Source: an uncultured delta proteobacterium (lineage in GTDB: Bacteria; Myxococcota; Myxococcia; Myxococcales; Myxococcaceae). Taken from it: a stretch of DNA of 64,000 nt. How positions within the stretch are numbered: the first letter of the stretch is position 1; the number at the start of each line of letters is the position of its first letter. The stretch is taken from positions 1,440,001-1,504,000 of the forward strand of contig CAWCKH010000004.1 of NCBI GenBank assembly GCA_963796055.1. Direction: 5' to 3'. The notes below the pieces were generated by a model. The model worked only from the letters and a program-made list of their open reading frames with translations. It was not told where the DNA came from and did no database searches. Positions 31,300-43,212 of this stretch are shown in pieces. Position numbers and translations under genes: made by a program.

Positions 31300-32055
31300 G
31301 TGTCAGAATCGACGCTTCCGGTGGGCTCCGAGACAGGCAAGTTTTCCGCGGACATCGGCGAGGACGTCATCGCCGCGGCCCTGAAGAGCGTGGACAAGCA
31401 GCGCGAGCCCGCGCCCGCCGAGGCGTCCGCGTCACCGGCCGTCGAGGGCGGGAGCGAGGAGCGCGACGCGCTCGCGGCACGGGTCGAGGCGCTCGAGGCC
31501 CGCGAGGGCGAACTGTCGACGCAGCTGAACCAGGAGCGGGAGCGCACACTGCGCGCCCTGGCGGACCTGGACAACGCGCGGAAGCGAGCCCAGCGCGAGC
31601 GGGAGGAGGTCGTCCGCTTCGGACTGGAACGCGTCTTGAAAGACCTCCTCCCCGTCGTGGACAACCTGGACCGGGCGCTCGACCTCGGCGAGCGGTCCGG
31701 CAAGTGGGACGGGCTCGCCGAGGGCGTGCGGATGACACGCAAGCTGCTGGAGGACACGCTGGCCAGGCAAGGGCTCAAGGCGTTCAGCGCGCGGGGCAAG
31801 CCGTTCGACCCGAACCTGCACGAGGCGATGGGACACGAGGACCGAGAGGACCTGCCGGTGAACACCGTCAGCACCGAGGTGCTCCGTGGCTTCACCCTCC
31901 ACGACCGGCTGCTGCGCCCCGCCCTGGTGATGGTCGCCCGTCCACCCACGCCTGCGGTAGAGGTGAACGCCGCGCCGGCGGACGCCGCGGAGCCAGGGGT
32001 GGCGGAGCCCGCGCCGCCGTCGTCTGAGACCGGAGCCTCGGAGGGGAACTCGTAG
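31300..32055 (+). CDS. grpE: Nucleotide exchange factor GrpE
   Basis: RALADLDNARKR, LLPVVDNLDRAL, FDPNLHEA, GFTLHDRLLRPALVMV. Confidence 0.95.
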   Translation: MSESTLPVGSETGKFSADIGEDVIAAALKSVDKQREPAPAEASASPAVEGGSEERDALAARVEALEAREGELSTQLNQERERTLRALADLDNARKRAQREREEVVRFGLERVLKDLLPVVDNLDRALDLGERSGKWDGLAEGVRMTRKLLEDTLARQGLKAFSARGKPFDPNLHEAMGHEDREDLPVNTVSTEVLRGFTLHDRLLRPALVMVARPPTPAVEVNAAPADAAEPGVAEPAPPSSETGASEGNS

Positions 32056-32058
32056 ACC

Positions 32059-33891
<1,833 letters not shown>

Positions 33892-34009
33892 AGACGGGCG
33901 CCGAGGGGGGTGGGCGGTGGCTCGCCCGTAGCAAGCAAGCAGCCGCCGCTCGTTTGGCGAGCCAGGAACCAGGGACCCGGCTAGACCTTCGCGCGTTGGG
34001 AGGCGACGG

Positions 34010-34654
34010 ATGGGCCGGCGGAACGTCCCCTCGGATCTGGTGCGCAACATCGAGCTGCTGGTGGGAGTGGCCTTGCCGCTGTTCCTCACCGGCGTGTGGG
34101 TGCGGGACCACCTGACCGGCTCGGGGCACTGGACCCACCCTCTCGAATCAGGGTTCTTCGAGTGGCTCTCGCTGGCCCCGCTGCTCGCGCTGGTGGGGCT
34201 CTTGCACTCGCTGGGCATGGCGGTGATCGCGGCAGTGTGGCCGCGGGCGGCGAACCGAGGCACGGTGGTGCTCGCCTCCGTGGTGCTGGTGCCGCTGCTC
34301 GTGCTCGGCGGAAAGCCGCCGGTCGTCCTCGCGCACTACGCCCTCCCGCTCGCGGTGGCCCTCGTCGTCTACGCGCTGGCCAGCCGGATTCCGGGCAGCC
34401 GCGCCCCCCGAGGAGGATCTCCGCACCGCGACCCTGAGGGAGGAGGAGCTCCTCGGACGCGAGGGCCCGATCGTGTCGGTCAGGCCTCCGGCAGCGCCAG
34501 GGGAACGATCTCCCGGCCCGAGATCCGCAGGAAGCGCCACACCAGCGCCGCCGCCACCGCGGTGAGACCGGCGGCGAGCCCCCACCAGATGCCGAACACG
34601 CCCCAGCGCATCCCGAAGCCGAGCAGCAGCGCCAGCGGGAGCCCGATCAGGTAG
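34010..34654 (+). CDS. Hypothetical membrane protein (3' end overlaps the convergent MATE gene)
   Basis: GGAGG SD; about four hydrophobic segments in the first 125 aa, then a low-complexity tail. Confidence 0.5.
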   Translation: MGRRNVPSDLVRNIELLVGVALPLFLTGVWVRDHLTGSGHWTHPLESGFFEWLSLAPLLALVGLLHSLGMAVIAAVWPRAANRGTVVLASVVLVPLLVLGGKPPVVLAHYALPLAVALVVYALASRIPGSRAPRGGSPHRDPEGGGAPRTRGPDRVGQASGSARGTISRPEIRRKRHTSAAATAVRPAASPHQMPNTPQRIPKPSSSASGSPIR

Positions 34655-35877
34655 TGCCCGACCACGTTGGCGGTGAAGGTGAAGCGGCTGTCACCCGCCC
34701 CCCGCAGGACGCCCGCGCCGACGCCCTGCACCCCGTCCGAGACCTGGAAGATCGCGGCCACCATGAACAGCGGAACCGCGATCGCGGCGATGGCCGGGTC
34801 GTTGGTCATCGTGGCCACGATGGGTCCGGGGACGAGGAGGTAGGTGAGGGCCGCGCAGCCCATGAACGCCGCGCCGGCAGCGAAGGCGAGCAGCCCTGCT
34901 CGACGCGCACCCGGGGTGTCGCGCGCGCCCACCGCCAGCCCCACCCGGACGCTCCCCGCATTGCCGATGCCCATGGCGAAGGTGAAGGTGACCGAGGAGA
35001 AGGTGAGGGCGATCTGGTGCGCAGCGAGGCTCTCGGCCCCCAGCCTCCCCGCGAGGAACCCCGCCAGGGCGAAGACCCCCACCTCGGCCCCGAAGTGCAG
35101 GCCGATGGGCACTCCGACCCGGAGGATGCGCCGCGCGTCCTCGGGCAGACGCCGGTGGAGGTCCGCCGGGCGCTCCGGGAGGCGGATCTGGCGGACAACC
35201 CAGGCCAGGAAGACCACCTCGCCGAGCTGCACCAGCGTCGTCGCCAGGGCAGAGCCGCTCGCACCCATCGGCGGGATCCACCGCAGCGGGCCGGTCCACG
35301 CCGGGAGCCGGGCTCCGCCGAAGACCAGGAGGAGGTCTCCGAACAGGTTCACCACGTTGGCCAGGACCGTGGCCCAGAGCAGAGCGCGGGCCGCGCCCAC
35401 CGACTGCAGGTAGCTCCGCTGGGCGTAGAAGAAGAGAAAGGCGGCGATGCCCGGCAGCCGCCACCAGACGAACTCCCGGGCCACCTTCGCCACGTCGGCG
35501 GCGATGCCGAATGGCGCCATCAGAGACGCCAGCCCGAGCGTGGGCAACACCAGCACCCCGCTCGCCGCCGCCGCGACCCGCAGCGCCTGCCAGTACAGCC
35601 GGCGCGCCCGCACCGGGTCGCGTGCGCCGAGCGCCTGGCTGATGAGCGGGTCGGCCCCCATCAGGGTTCCGATGCCCACGATGCAGACGGTGAAGACCAC
35701 CGCGTTGCCCAGCGCCGCGCCCGCCAGCTGCACCGCGCCGGCCCGCCCCACCACCGCGGTGTCCACCAGCCCCATCAGCGCCTGTCCCGCCTGGGCCAGG
35801 GCCAGCGGCAGCGCGAGCCGCACCAGGATGCGCAGCTCGTCGCGCGAGCGCGCAGGGACGGGAGACGTCGGGGACAT
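34480..35877 (-). CDS. MATE family efflux transporter
   Basis: LALPL..GLVDTAVVGR, ISQALGA, GASGSALAT, LAAHQIA, DGVQ..GVLRGAGD; about 12 TM. Confidence 0.95.
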   Translation of the reverse strand: MSPTSPVPARSRDELRILVRLALPLALAQAGQALMGLVDTAVVGRAGAVQLAGAALGNAVVFTVCIVGIGTLMGADPLISQALGARDPVRARRLYWQALRVAAAASGVLVLPTLGLASLMAPFGIAADVAKVAREFVWWRLPGIAAFLFFYAQRSYLQSVGAARALLWATVLANVVNLFGDLLLVFGGARLPAWTGPLRWIPPMGASGSALATTLVQLGEVVFLAWVVRQIRLPERPADLHRRLPEDARRILRVGVPIGLHFGAEVGVFALAGFLAGRLGAESLAAHQIALTFSSVTFTFAMGIGNAGSVRVGLAVGARDTPGARRAGLLAFAAGAAFMGCAALTYLLVPGPIVATMTNDPAIAAIAVPLFMVAAIFQVSDGVQGVGAGVLRGAGDSRFTFTANVVGHYLIGLPLALLLGFGMRWGVFGIWWGLAAGLTAVAAALVWRFLRISGREIVPLALPEA

Positions 35878-36005
35878 GGGAGACGAGGCCTCTCATGATC
35901 CAACTGCCGTCCGGTTGTCCACTTGCGGTGCGCTGTGCCGGGTCACCAGACTCGTCGCTGTGAGCGCTTCGACGATCGACTTCTCCTGCGCTAAGGACGA
36001 GCGGG

Positions 36006-36416
36006 ATGCCTGGCACGCGCTCCACTGCCGCAAAGGTCACCTCCTGCGCCGCAGGCGCGGTGGCGATCTGGCTGCTCACCGTCGCCCTCGGCGTCGACCG
36101 GTCCGCCCACCTCCCGCACACCCCGGGGCAGTGGCTGTTCGAGGTGCTCTGGACCGCGCTTCCCGGCGTGGTCATGGGCGCGTACTGGGCGGCCCGAGGT
36201 CCGGCCGGCCGGTTCCCTCTGTTCGCTGCGGCCGCGGCGGCAGCGGGGCAGATCTGGGCTGCCCATCGATTCGACGTGGGCGCCGACCCCCTCGCCGGGC
36301 TGCTGATCGTCTTCGGCCCGCTCCTCGTCACCTGCATCGCTCTGGTGGGGATCGTCCTGACCCTGCTCGCGGGGGTCGTCCGCCGGGGGGCTGGTCGGTC
36401 CGACGCTTCACCTTGA
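36006..36416 (+). CDS. Hypothetical membrane protein
   Basis: Four hydrophobic segments; typical codon usage. Confidence 0.6.
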   Translation: MPGTRSTAAKVTSCAAGAVAIWLLTVALGVDRSAHLPHTPGQWLFEVLWTALPGVVMGAYWAARGPAGRFPLFAAAAAAAGQIWAAHRFDVGADPLAGLLIVFGPLLVTCIALVGIVLTLLAGVVRRGAGRSDASP

Positions 36417-36442
36417 CCGTCCTCCGACAGTCCACCTACAAG
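36413..36442 (+). promoter_or_regulatory. Possible sigma70-type promoter of the liv operon
   Basis: TTGACC-18nt-TACAAG, 35 nt upstream of the ATG; the -10 match is weak. Confidence 0.3.
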
Positions 36443-36477
36443 ACCGCCTCTTGCTTCCTGGTCGTCACGAGGTGCCC

Positions 36478-37689
36478 ATGCGCTCTGCCCTGGCCGCAGT
36501 CCTGACCGGCTGTGCCCTTGCCCTTGTCGCCTGCGAGAAGAAGTCCTCCGCTCCTCCCCCACCGCCCAGCCCGGCTCCTGGCGGTGGCACCGCGGCCGCT
36601 TCCTCCGGCGGGGGGACCCCCGGCGTGACCGGGGACACCATCCTCATCGGCGAGATCGGCTCGCTGACCGGTTCCGAGGCCACCTTCGGAATCTCGACGC
36701 GCAACGCCATCGAGCTCGCGATCCGGGAGGTCAACGCCGCCGGCGGGGTGAAGGGAAGGAAGATCGACGTCCGGGTCTACGACGACCAGAGCAAGCCCGA
36801 GGAGGCTGCCAACGCCGCCACCCGCCTCATCAACCAGGACCAGGTGCTGCTGATCCTCGGGGAGGTGGCGAGCACCAACTCCATCGCCATGGCCACCAAG
36901 GCGCAGCCGGCCAAGGTGCCGATGATCTCCAACGCCTCCACCAACCCCAAGGTGACGGAGATCGGCGACTACATCTTCCGGGTCTGCTTCATCGATCCCT
37001 TCCAGGGCTACGTGATGGCGAAGTTCGCCCACGACAATCTGAAGTTCACCAGGGTGGCGGTGCTCCGCGACCTGGGCTCGGACTACAGCCAGGGCCTGGC
37101 GGACGTCTTCGAGCGCAAGTTCACCGAGATGGGCGGGAAGATCGTCGCCGGCGAGACCTACACCAAGGGCAGCACCGACTTCCGCAGCCAGCTCACGGCG
37201 ATCAAGCGCGCGCAGCCCGACGGCATCTACATCCCCGGCTACTACAACGACATCGGGGTCATCGCCCGGCAGGCGCGCGAGCTGGGCGTCACCGCCAAGC
37301 TGATGGGAGGCGATGGCTGGGACAGCGAGAAGCTCTTCGAGCTGGGCGGCGCGGCAGTGGAGGGCAGCTACTTCAGCAACCACTACAGCCCGGACGACCC
37401 CAACCCCCGCATCCAGAAGTTCATCGCCGACTACAAGGCGGCCTTCGGCTCGGTGCCGGACGCGCTCGCCGCGCTCGGCTACGACGCGGCGATGGTGGCG
37501 GCGGACGCGATGAAGCGCGCCCCGAGCCTCGACCGGACCGCGGTCCGTGACGCCATCGCCGCCACCAGGAACTTCCCCGGGGTCACCGGCACCATCACCC
37601 TCGACGACAAGCGGAACGCCACCAAACCGGCGGTGGTCCTCGAGGTCGGCAAGGGCAAGACCAAGTACGTGGCCACCATCGCTCCTTGA
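36478..37689 (+). CDS. livK: Branched-chain amino acid ABC transporter substrate-binding lipoprotein
   Basis: LVAC lipobox; SLTGSEATFG, NAAGGVKGRKI, YIFRVCFIDPFQG, GGDGWD. Confidence 0.93.
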   Translation: MRSALAAVLTGCALALVACEKKSSAPPPPPSPAPGGGTAAASSGGGTPGVTGDTILIGEIGSLTGSEATFGISTRNAIELAIREVNAAGGVKGRKIDVRVYDDQSKPEEAANAATRLINQDQVLLILGEVASTNSIAMATKAQPAKVPMISNASTNPKVTEIGDYIFRVCFIDPFQGYVMAKFAHDNLKFTRVAVLRDLGSDYSQGLADVFERKFTEMGGKIVAGETYTKGSTDFRSQLTAIKRAQPDGIYIPGYYNDIGVIARQARELGVTAKLMGGDGWDSEKLFELGGAAVEGSYFSNHYSPDDPNPRIQKFIADYKAAFGSVPDALAALGYDAAMVAADAMKRAPSLDRTAVRDAIAATRNFPGVTGTITLDDKRNATKPAVVLEVGKGKTKYVATIAP

Positions 37690-38609
37690 TCTCCGACTTC
37701 ACGCAGCACCTGATCAACGGCATCTCCGCGGGAACCATCTACGCCCTGGTGGCGCTTGGGTACACGATGGTCTACGGGGTGCTGAAGCTGATCAACTTCG
37801 CCCACGGGGACGTGATGATGGTGGGCACCTTCCTCGGCTACGGGGTGGCGCAGAAGCTGGGGGTGGAGCGCCAGTCCACCCTCTGGGGGGTGCTCCTGAT
37901 CTTCCTCGCCGCGATGGCCGGATGCGCGATCCTGGGATGGTTCATCGAGCGCTTCGCCTACCGCCCCCTGCGGGACAAGCCGCGGCTGACCTCGCTGATC
38001 ACCGCCATCGGCATTTCCTTCACCCTCGAGTATGGCTTCCAGCTCGACTTCGGCCCGCTTCCCGGCGCGGCCCCGCGCGCCTTCCCGGAGATCATCACTC
38101 CCCGGGAGTGGCTGATCTTCGGCGATCGAGCCGTGGTGATCTGGAACTGGCAGGTCATCAGCCTGGCCATTGCACTGGCCTTGATGCTCGGACTGCAGGC
38201 GCTGGTCTATCGGACCCGCTTCGGCCGGGCGATGCGGGCGGTCTCCTTCGACCACCGGACCGCGGCACTGATGGGGATCCCGGTAGACCGGGTGATTGCG
38301 GTCACCTTCATGCTGGGGAGCGCGCTGGCCGCCGGAGCCGGCATCCTCTACGCGATCAAGGACACCGCCGTGCAGCCGCTGATGGGGCTGTACGTGGGAC
38401 TGAAGGCGTTCGTAGCCGCGGTGATCGGCGGAATCGGCAACGTGCCGGGCGCGGTGGTGGGCTCGCTCCTGCTCGGGCTGGTGGAGGAGTTCGTGGTGGG
38501 CTACTCCTCGAGCAGCTGGCGTGACGCGGTGGCCTTCGGATTCCTGATTGTCGTCCTGCTGGTGCGGCCGGGCGGGCTCTTCGGCAGCGTCGCGGCGGAA
38601 AAGGTGTAG
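37686..38609 (+). CDS. livH: BCAA ABC transporter permease
   Basis: YALVALGYTMVYGVLKLINFAHG, KAFVAAVIGGIG; TTG start overlapping the upstream stop. Confidence 0.95.
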   Translation: MISDFTQHLINGISAGTIYALVALGYTMVYGVLKLINFAHGDVMMVGTFLGYGVAQKLGVERQSTLWGVLLIFLAAMAGCAILGWFIERFAYRPLRDKPRLTSLITAIGISFTLEYGFQLDFGPLPGAAPRAFPEIITPREWLIFGDRAVVIWNWQVISLAIALALMLGLQALVYRTRFGRAMRAVSFDHRTAALMGIPVDRVIAVTFMLGSALAAGAGILYAIKDTAVQPLMGLYVGLKAFVAAVIGGIGNVPGAVVGSLLLGLVEEFVVGYSSSSWRDAVAFGFLIVVLLVRPGGLFGSVAAEKV

Positions 38610-38611
38610 CG

Positions 38612-39634
38612 ATGGCGCCGGCGCTCCGCGGGCTCCTTCCCGTCTTGCTCGCCATCGCGGTGCTGGCGGTGCTGCAGCTCTTGCTCGGTGGTTTGCCGTT
38701 CTTCGTGTATCTGGCGTCGATCGTCGGGGTGAACGTCATCCTCGCGGTGTCGCTGAACATCGTGAACGGGATGACCGGCCAGTTCTCCATCGGCCACGCC
38801 GGGTTCATGGCGGTCGGGGCGTACACCGCAGGGAAGCTCAGCCTCCTGATCAAGGACGTGGCCATCTCGGGACTGCCCGGGGCGGTGTCGGACCAGATTC
38901 AGTTCCTGGGCACGCTGCTCGCCGGCGGGGTGGCGGCGGCCCTCTGCGGCTTCGTCGTGGGCTTGCCCTCGCTCCGGCTCCGGGGAGACTACCTGGCCAT
39001 CGTCACTCTCGGCTTCGGGGAGATCATCCGGGTCATCGTGCAGAACCTGGACGTGTTCGGTCGGGCCCTCGGCCTCTCCGGCATCCCGCAGACCTCGAGC
39101 CTCTTCGCGGTGTGGTTCTGCGTCTTTCTGGTGGTGCTGGTGGCGCGCCGGATCGTCGGGAGCACCCACGGTCGGAGCCTGTGGGCCATCCGCGAGGACG
39201 AGGTGGCGGCCGAGGCGATGGGGGTGAACACCACCGGGTACAAGGTCCGGGCGTTCGTCATCTCCTCGTTCTTCGCCGGGGTGGCGGGAGGGCTGTTCGC
39301 CCATTTCGTGCCGATCATCAACCCGGGCTCGTTCACCTTCGTGAAGAGCATCGAGGTGGTGGTGATGGTGGTCGCCGGGGGTCTGGGGAGCACCACCGGG
39401 GCCATCGTGGCCGCGGTATTCCTGACGCTCCTCCCCGAGGCGCTCCGGACGCTGTTCCTCCAGGTTGGCGCCGATGCCTCCCTGGCCCAGAAGGTGGATC
39501 AGATCCGCATGCCGATCTACGGCATCCTCCTGGTGATCCTGATGCTCGTCCGGCCGCAGGGGCTGTTTGGCACCCGGGAGATCTGGGACCTGCTGCCGCG
39601 GTGGGTTCCTCGCGCGCGAAAGGGCGCCACGTGA
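38612..39634 (+). CDS. livM: BCAA ABC transporter permease
   Basis: GQFSIGHAGF, LRLRGDYLAIVTLGFGEII, AIREDEVAA. Confidence 0.95.
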   Translation: MAPALRGLLPVLLAIAVLAVLQLLLGGLPFFVYLASIVGVNVILAVSLNIVNGMTGQFSIGHAGFMAVGAYTAGKLSLLIKDVAISGLPGAVSDQIQFLGTLLAGGVAAALCGFVVGLPSLRLRGDYLAIVTLGFGEIIRVIVQNLDVFGRALGLSGIPQTSSLFAVWFCVFLVVLVARRIVGSTHGRSLWAIREDEVAAEAMGVNTTGYKVRAFVISSFFAGVAGGLFAHFVPIINPGSFTFVKSIEVVVMVVAGGLGSTTGAIVAAVFLTLLPEALRTLFLQVGADASLAQKVDQIRMPIYGILLVILMLVRPQGLFGTREIWDLLPRWVPRARKGAT

Positions 39635-40554
39635 GCGCCGAGCCGCTGCTGCAGACGGTGCAGGCGGGCATCGAGTTCGGCGGCCTGCGGGCGCTGCACG
39701 GGTTTGACCTCGAGATTCGCCGCGGGGATCTCAAGGGCCTCATCGGACCCAACGGGGCCGGGAAGACCACCGCCTTCAACCTCCTCACCGGCGTCTACGT
39801 GCCTACCCATGGGGAGATCCGCGTCTGCGGCGAGCGGGTCAACGGCCGGCCCCCCCACCAGATCAACCACCTGGGGCTGGCCCGCACCTTCCAGAACATC
39901 CGGCTGTTCCGCGCGCTATCGGCGCTGGACAACGTCCGGGTGGCGTGCCTCTCGGAGGCGCAGCCGCTCTTCCCCCGGGCGCGGATCGACGAGCTGCGCC
40001 GCCGGTCCTCGGGGAAGAGCCCGGTGGCGACGGCGATGGACGCGCTCAACAACTACGTAGACTGGTGGCGCGCGCTGCTGCTCACCCCGGGCTTCCAGAA
40101 GGAGGAGCAGGAGATCACCCGCAGGGCCGAGGAACTGCTCCAGGTCATGGGGCTTGCGCACCGGCGCGACGAGGAGGCCCGCAACCTGCCCTACGGAGAG
40201 CAGCGGCGGCTGGAGATCGCGCGAGCGCTGGGCACCCAGCCCAGGGTCCTGCTGCTCGACGAGCCGGCGGCGGGAATGAACACCCGGGAGAAGGCCGATC
40301 TCATGGTGCTCATCCGCCAGCTCCGGGACCAGTTCTCGCTCGGCATCCTGGTCATCGAGCACGACATGAAGCTGGTGATGGGTATCTGCGAGGACATCAC
40401 CGTGCTCGACCACGGCGTCACCATCGCCCGCGGCGCGCCCGAGCGCGTTCGCCAGAACTCGAAGGTCATCGAGGCGTACCTCGGCGACAGCTATCTCGCC
40501 GCGCACGGCATGGCGGTGCCACCGACGCCGACCTCGGAGAGCCCGGTCGCATGA
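39631..40554 (+). CDS. livG: BCAA ABC transporter ATP-binding protein
   Basis: GPNGAGKTT, ARTFQNIRLF, LPYGEQRRLEIARAL, LLDEPAAG, IEHDM. Confidence 0.95.
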   Translation: MSAEPLLQTVQAGIEFGGLRALHGFDLEIRRGDLKGLIGPNGAGKTTAFNLLTGVYVPTHGEIRVCGERVNGRPPHQINHLGLARTFQNIRLFRALSALDNVRVACLSEAQPLFPRARIDELRRRSSGKSPVATAMDALNNYVDWWRALLLTPGFQKEEQEITRRAEELLQVMGLAHRRDEEARNLPYGEQRRLEIARALGTQPRVLLLDEPAAGMNTREKADLMVLIRQLRDQFSLGILVIEHDMKLVMGICEDITVLDHGVTIARGAPERVRQNSKVIEAYLGDSYLAAHGMAVPPTPTSESPVA

Positions 40555-41300
40555 GCGCGCTGGCGACGCTCGGGACGCGCGAGTCGCGGCTGCAGCTGCT
40601 GGAGGTGAAGGACCTCCAGGTCTCCTACGGAGCAATCACCGCGCTGCGCGGGGTGTCACTGACCGTGGGGCAGGGCGAGGTGGTGGCGCTGATCGGGGCG
40701 AACGGAGCGGGGAAGACCAGCACCCTCCGTGCCATCTCCGGGATGCTGAAGCCAAGGTCGGGCCACATCTGGCTCGGGGCGCAGGAGATCCAGGGCCTGA
40801 AGTCGAATCTCCTGGTTCCCAGGGGCATGGCCCACGCGCCCGAGGGTCGGGGCATCTTCCTCAACCTCACGGTGATGGAGAACCTCGAGCTGGGCGCGTA
40901 CCTGCGTCGGGACGCAGCCGAGATCAAGCAGGACCTCGAGTACGTCTTCGGGCTCTTCCCCCGCCTCCGTGAGCGGATGCGGCAACCGGGCGGCACGCTC
41001 TCCGGTGGCGAGCAGCAGATGCTCTCCATCAGCCGAGCGCTGATGAGCCGGCCGAAGCTGCTGCTACTCGACGAGCCGTCGCTGGGGCTCGCCCCTCAGG
41101 TGGTGGAGACCATCTTCCGCATCCTCCGCGAGGTGAACGCCCGCGGGGTGAGCATCCTCTTGGTGGAGCAGAACGCGCATCTGGCGCTGAACCTCGCGCA
41201 TTTCGGCTACGTGCTGGAGACCGGCGAGGTGGTGATGCAGGGCCAGGGCAAGGCGCTGCTCGCCGCGCCGGAGATCCGCAAGGCATACCTGGGCGAATGA
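40551..41300 (+). CDS. livF: BCAA ABC transporter ATP-binding protein
   Basis: GANGAGKT, PEGRGIF, LSGGEQQM, LLDEPSLGLAP, VEQN. Confidence 0.95.
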   Translation: MSALATLGTRESRLQLLEVKDLQVSYGAITALRGVSLTVGQGEVVALIGANGAGKTSTLRAISGMLKPRSGHIWLGAQEIQGLKSNLLVPRGMAHAPEGRGIFLNLTVMENLELGAYLRRDAAEIKQDLEYVFGLFPRLRERMRQPGGTLSGGEQQMLSISRALMSRPKLLLLDEPSLGLAPQVVETIFRILREVNARGVSILLVEQNAHLALNLAHFGYVLETGEVVMQGQGKALLAAPEIRKAYLGE

Positions 41301-41391
41301 CGCAATTCGCGGGGTCGACCCGGATGGCCCACTCGAGCGCTCTTGCGAAATGCCGCGCGGTGAGTCAAGCACCGCGGGTGAAGGGGGTCCC

Positions 41392-41916
41392 ATGCGTCAT
41401 GCCCCGCCGTGGATTCGCATTCTCTTCCTCTCGCTCGCTCTGGGCTCGCTCGCCTCTGCCGGTGAGTCCTCGAAGGGAGAGGCGCCCGGCTCCACCTTCA
41501 AGGCGAAGGTGAGCGGGGCCCAGTCGTTCGAGGCCGCCGGCGACGGCCCGCAGAGCGCCGGCGGCCGCCGGAAGAGGGCCGGCTCCGAGCCGGGCGAGCG
41601 GCTGGTGGTCCAGCTCCGCACGGCCCCCGCCGACGAGAAGTTCGAGCTGGTCTTCGCGGTCGACGTGACCGGAAGGGCCCCCGACGCAGAGGCCGCCGCC
41701 TACACCCTGCACCCGCTCGACGCGATCGGCCAATGGTCCCGGGGCGGCACCGACAGCGAGTTCTACTCCGACAAGGGAACGCTGGAGGTGAAGGAGTCGA
41801 ACGAGACGCACATCCGGGGGACGTTCGACGTCAGCGGCAAGTGCGGCAAGCGACGGGAGGCCTGCCGCATCGAGGGCCAGTTCGACGTGCGGCGCGAGAA
41901 GCCGACCACTTACTGA
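41392..41916 (+). CDS. Hypothetical secreted protein
   Basis: Signal peptide; beta-rich mature part with a Cys pair. Confidence 0.7.
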   Translation: MRHAPPWIRILFLSLALGSLASAGESSKGEAPGSTFKAKVSGAQSFEAAGDGPQSAGGRRKRAGSEPGERLVVQLRTAPADEKFELVFAVDVTGRAPDAEAAAYTLHPLDAIGQWSRGGTDSEFYSDKGTLEVKESNETHIRGTFDVSGKCGKRREACRIEGQFDVRREKPTTY

Positions 41917-41933
41917 CCCCGGCTGTAACGACC

Positions 41934-41967
41934 GCGCCCACCGAGCCCAACAGGGCAGGGTGGGCGC
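41934..41967. terminator. Hairpin between convergent genes
   Basis: GCGCCCACC...GGTGGGCGC inverted repeat. Confidence 0.45.
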
Positions 41968-42010
41968 CGAGCGCCGGCGGAGGATGCCGGCGCACGAGGT
42001 GAACGGAGAC

Positions 42011-42451
42011 TCAGTTCACCTTGACGGTGATGCTCTTCGGCTTCGCCTCCGCCCGCTTGGGGAGGAAGAGGCGCAGCACGCCGTTCTTGTACTCGGCGGT
42101 GGCCTTGTCGGCGTCGAGGGTGGCGGGGAGGCTGAAGCTCCGGGTGAACACCCCGTAGGCGCGCTCGATCCGGTGGTAGCTGTCCCGCTTGTCCTCCCGC
42201 TCGAGCTTCCGCTCGCCGCGGACGGTCAAGGTGCCCTCCTCGAAGTGCACGTCGACGTCCTTCGGGTCGACCTCGGGGAGATCGAACTTGAAGGTCACGC
42301 CCTCGGTGTCCTCGAAGACGTCGACGGCCGGGGTCCAGCCGTACGATTCGGTGTTCCGGGTGAGACCGAGGCTGCCCTCGAGCAGCCGGTTCACCTCGTC
42401 CTGCAGCCGCGCGTAGTCACGCGACGGATTCCAACGCTGAATGGTGCTCAT
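42011..42451 (-). CDS. Hsp20/alpha-crystallin small heat-shock protein
   Basis: PAVDVFE, LTVRGER, ERAYGVFTRSFSLP, AEYKNGVL; AGGAG SD. Confidence 0.95.
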   Translation of the reverse strand: MSTIQRWNPSRDYARLQDEVNRLLEGSLGLTRNTESYGWTPAVDVFEDTEGVTFKFDLPEVDPKDVDVHFEEGTLTVRGERKLEREDKRDSYHRIERAYGVFTRSFSLPATLDADKATAEYKNGVLRLFLPKRAEAKPKSITVKVN

Positions 42452-42484
42452 GGTCTTGCTCCTGCTCCTTCCAAAGGCAGGCCC

Positions 42485-42512
42485 AACGTAAAGCGGAGAT
42501 CAGGAGCGTCAA
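42485..42512 (-). promoter_or_regulatory. Sigma70-family promoter of hsp20
   Basis: TTGACG-16nt-TACGTT on the minus strand, 33 nt upstream of the ATG. Confidence 0.45.
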
Positions 42513-42566
42513 GGCGAGCAGAGAAGTGCCCGATCTGCGAGAGGGGCCGGGCATTTCCACCCTCGG

Positions 42567-43151
42567 TCAACCCCGCGAAAATCCGGAGCCTCCGCCGGGA
42601 AGCGTCCAGCGCTCGAGCTCGGTGTGCACCGCGCCGGTGGCGACCGTGTCGCTGCGCATCAGGGCGACGTCCCGGAGCACGAACCCGCCGTCGAGCGCGT
42701 GCCCCAGCGCCGTCCGGCACCGTCCGAGGAGCAGGTCGCCGTGGGCCGACCGGGCGCGGGCCACCGTGAGGTGGGGACGGAACGGCCGCTCCGGCTCGAG
42801 CTGGACCAGCGGCTCGGCAGCGTGGCGCGCATCGGTGACCAGCGCGCGCAGCGCCTCGACCTCCCCGCCGAGGGTGGTCGCCAGCACCCGCGGGGAGCGC
42901 GACGGACCGAACGTCTCCACTCCGACCAGGGTGAGCGACATCGCCTGGTGCCGGGCGCACACCGCGGCGAACGACTGCCGGAGCGTGGGCACGGAAGGGT
43001 CGGGAACCGAGCCGAGGAAGACCAGGGTCAGATGCAGGCTCTCGGCGGGGAGCCAGCGGGCCTGCGGCGTGGCCGCCCGTACCGGCTCGAGCTGCGCCTG
43101 GAGACTCTCCTTGAGTGCATCCGGGACCACGCCGGCGAGGAACAGGCGCAC
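42567..43151 (-). CDS. thpR: RNA 2',3'-cyclic phosphodiesterase (2H family)
   Basis: RLFLA start and two HxT motifs (LHLTL, PHLTVAR). Confidence 0.92.
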   Translation of the reverse strand: MRLFLAGVVPDALKESLQAQLEPVRAATPQARWLPAESLHLTLVFLGSVPDPSVPTLRQSFAAVCARHQAMSLTLVGVETFGPSRSPRVLATTLGGEVEALRALVTDARHAAEPLVQLEPERPFRPHLTVARARSAHGDLLLGRCRTALGHALDGGFVLRDVALMRSDTVATGAVHTELERWTLPGGGSGFSRG

Positions 43152-43212
43152 GGCGGCGGAGCGTACTCCCCGGGCTCGGCGCCGGGCAGCTCGCCACCGC
43201 CGGCGGCCGGGG

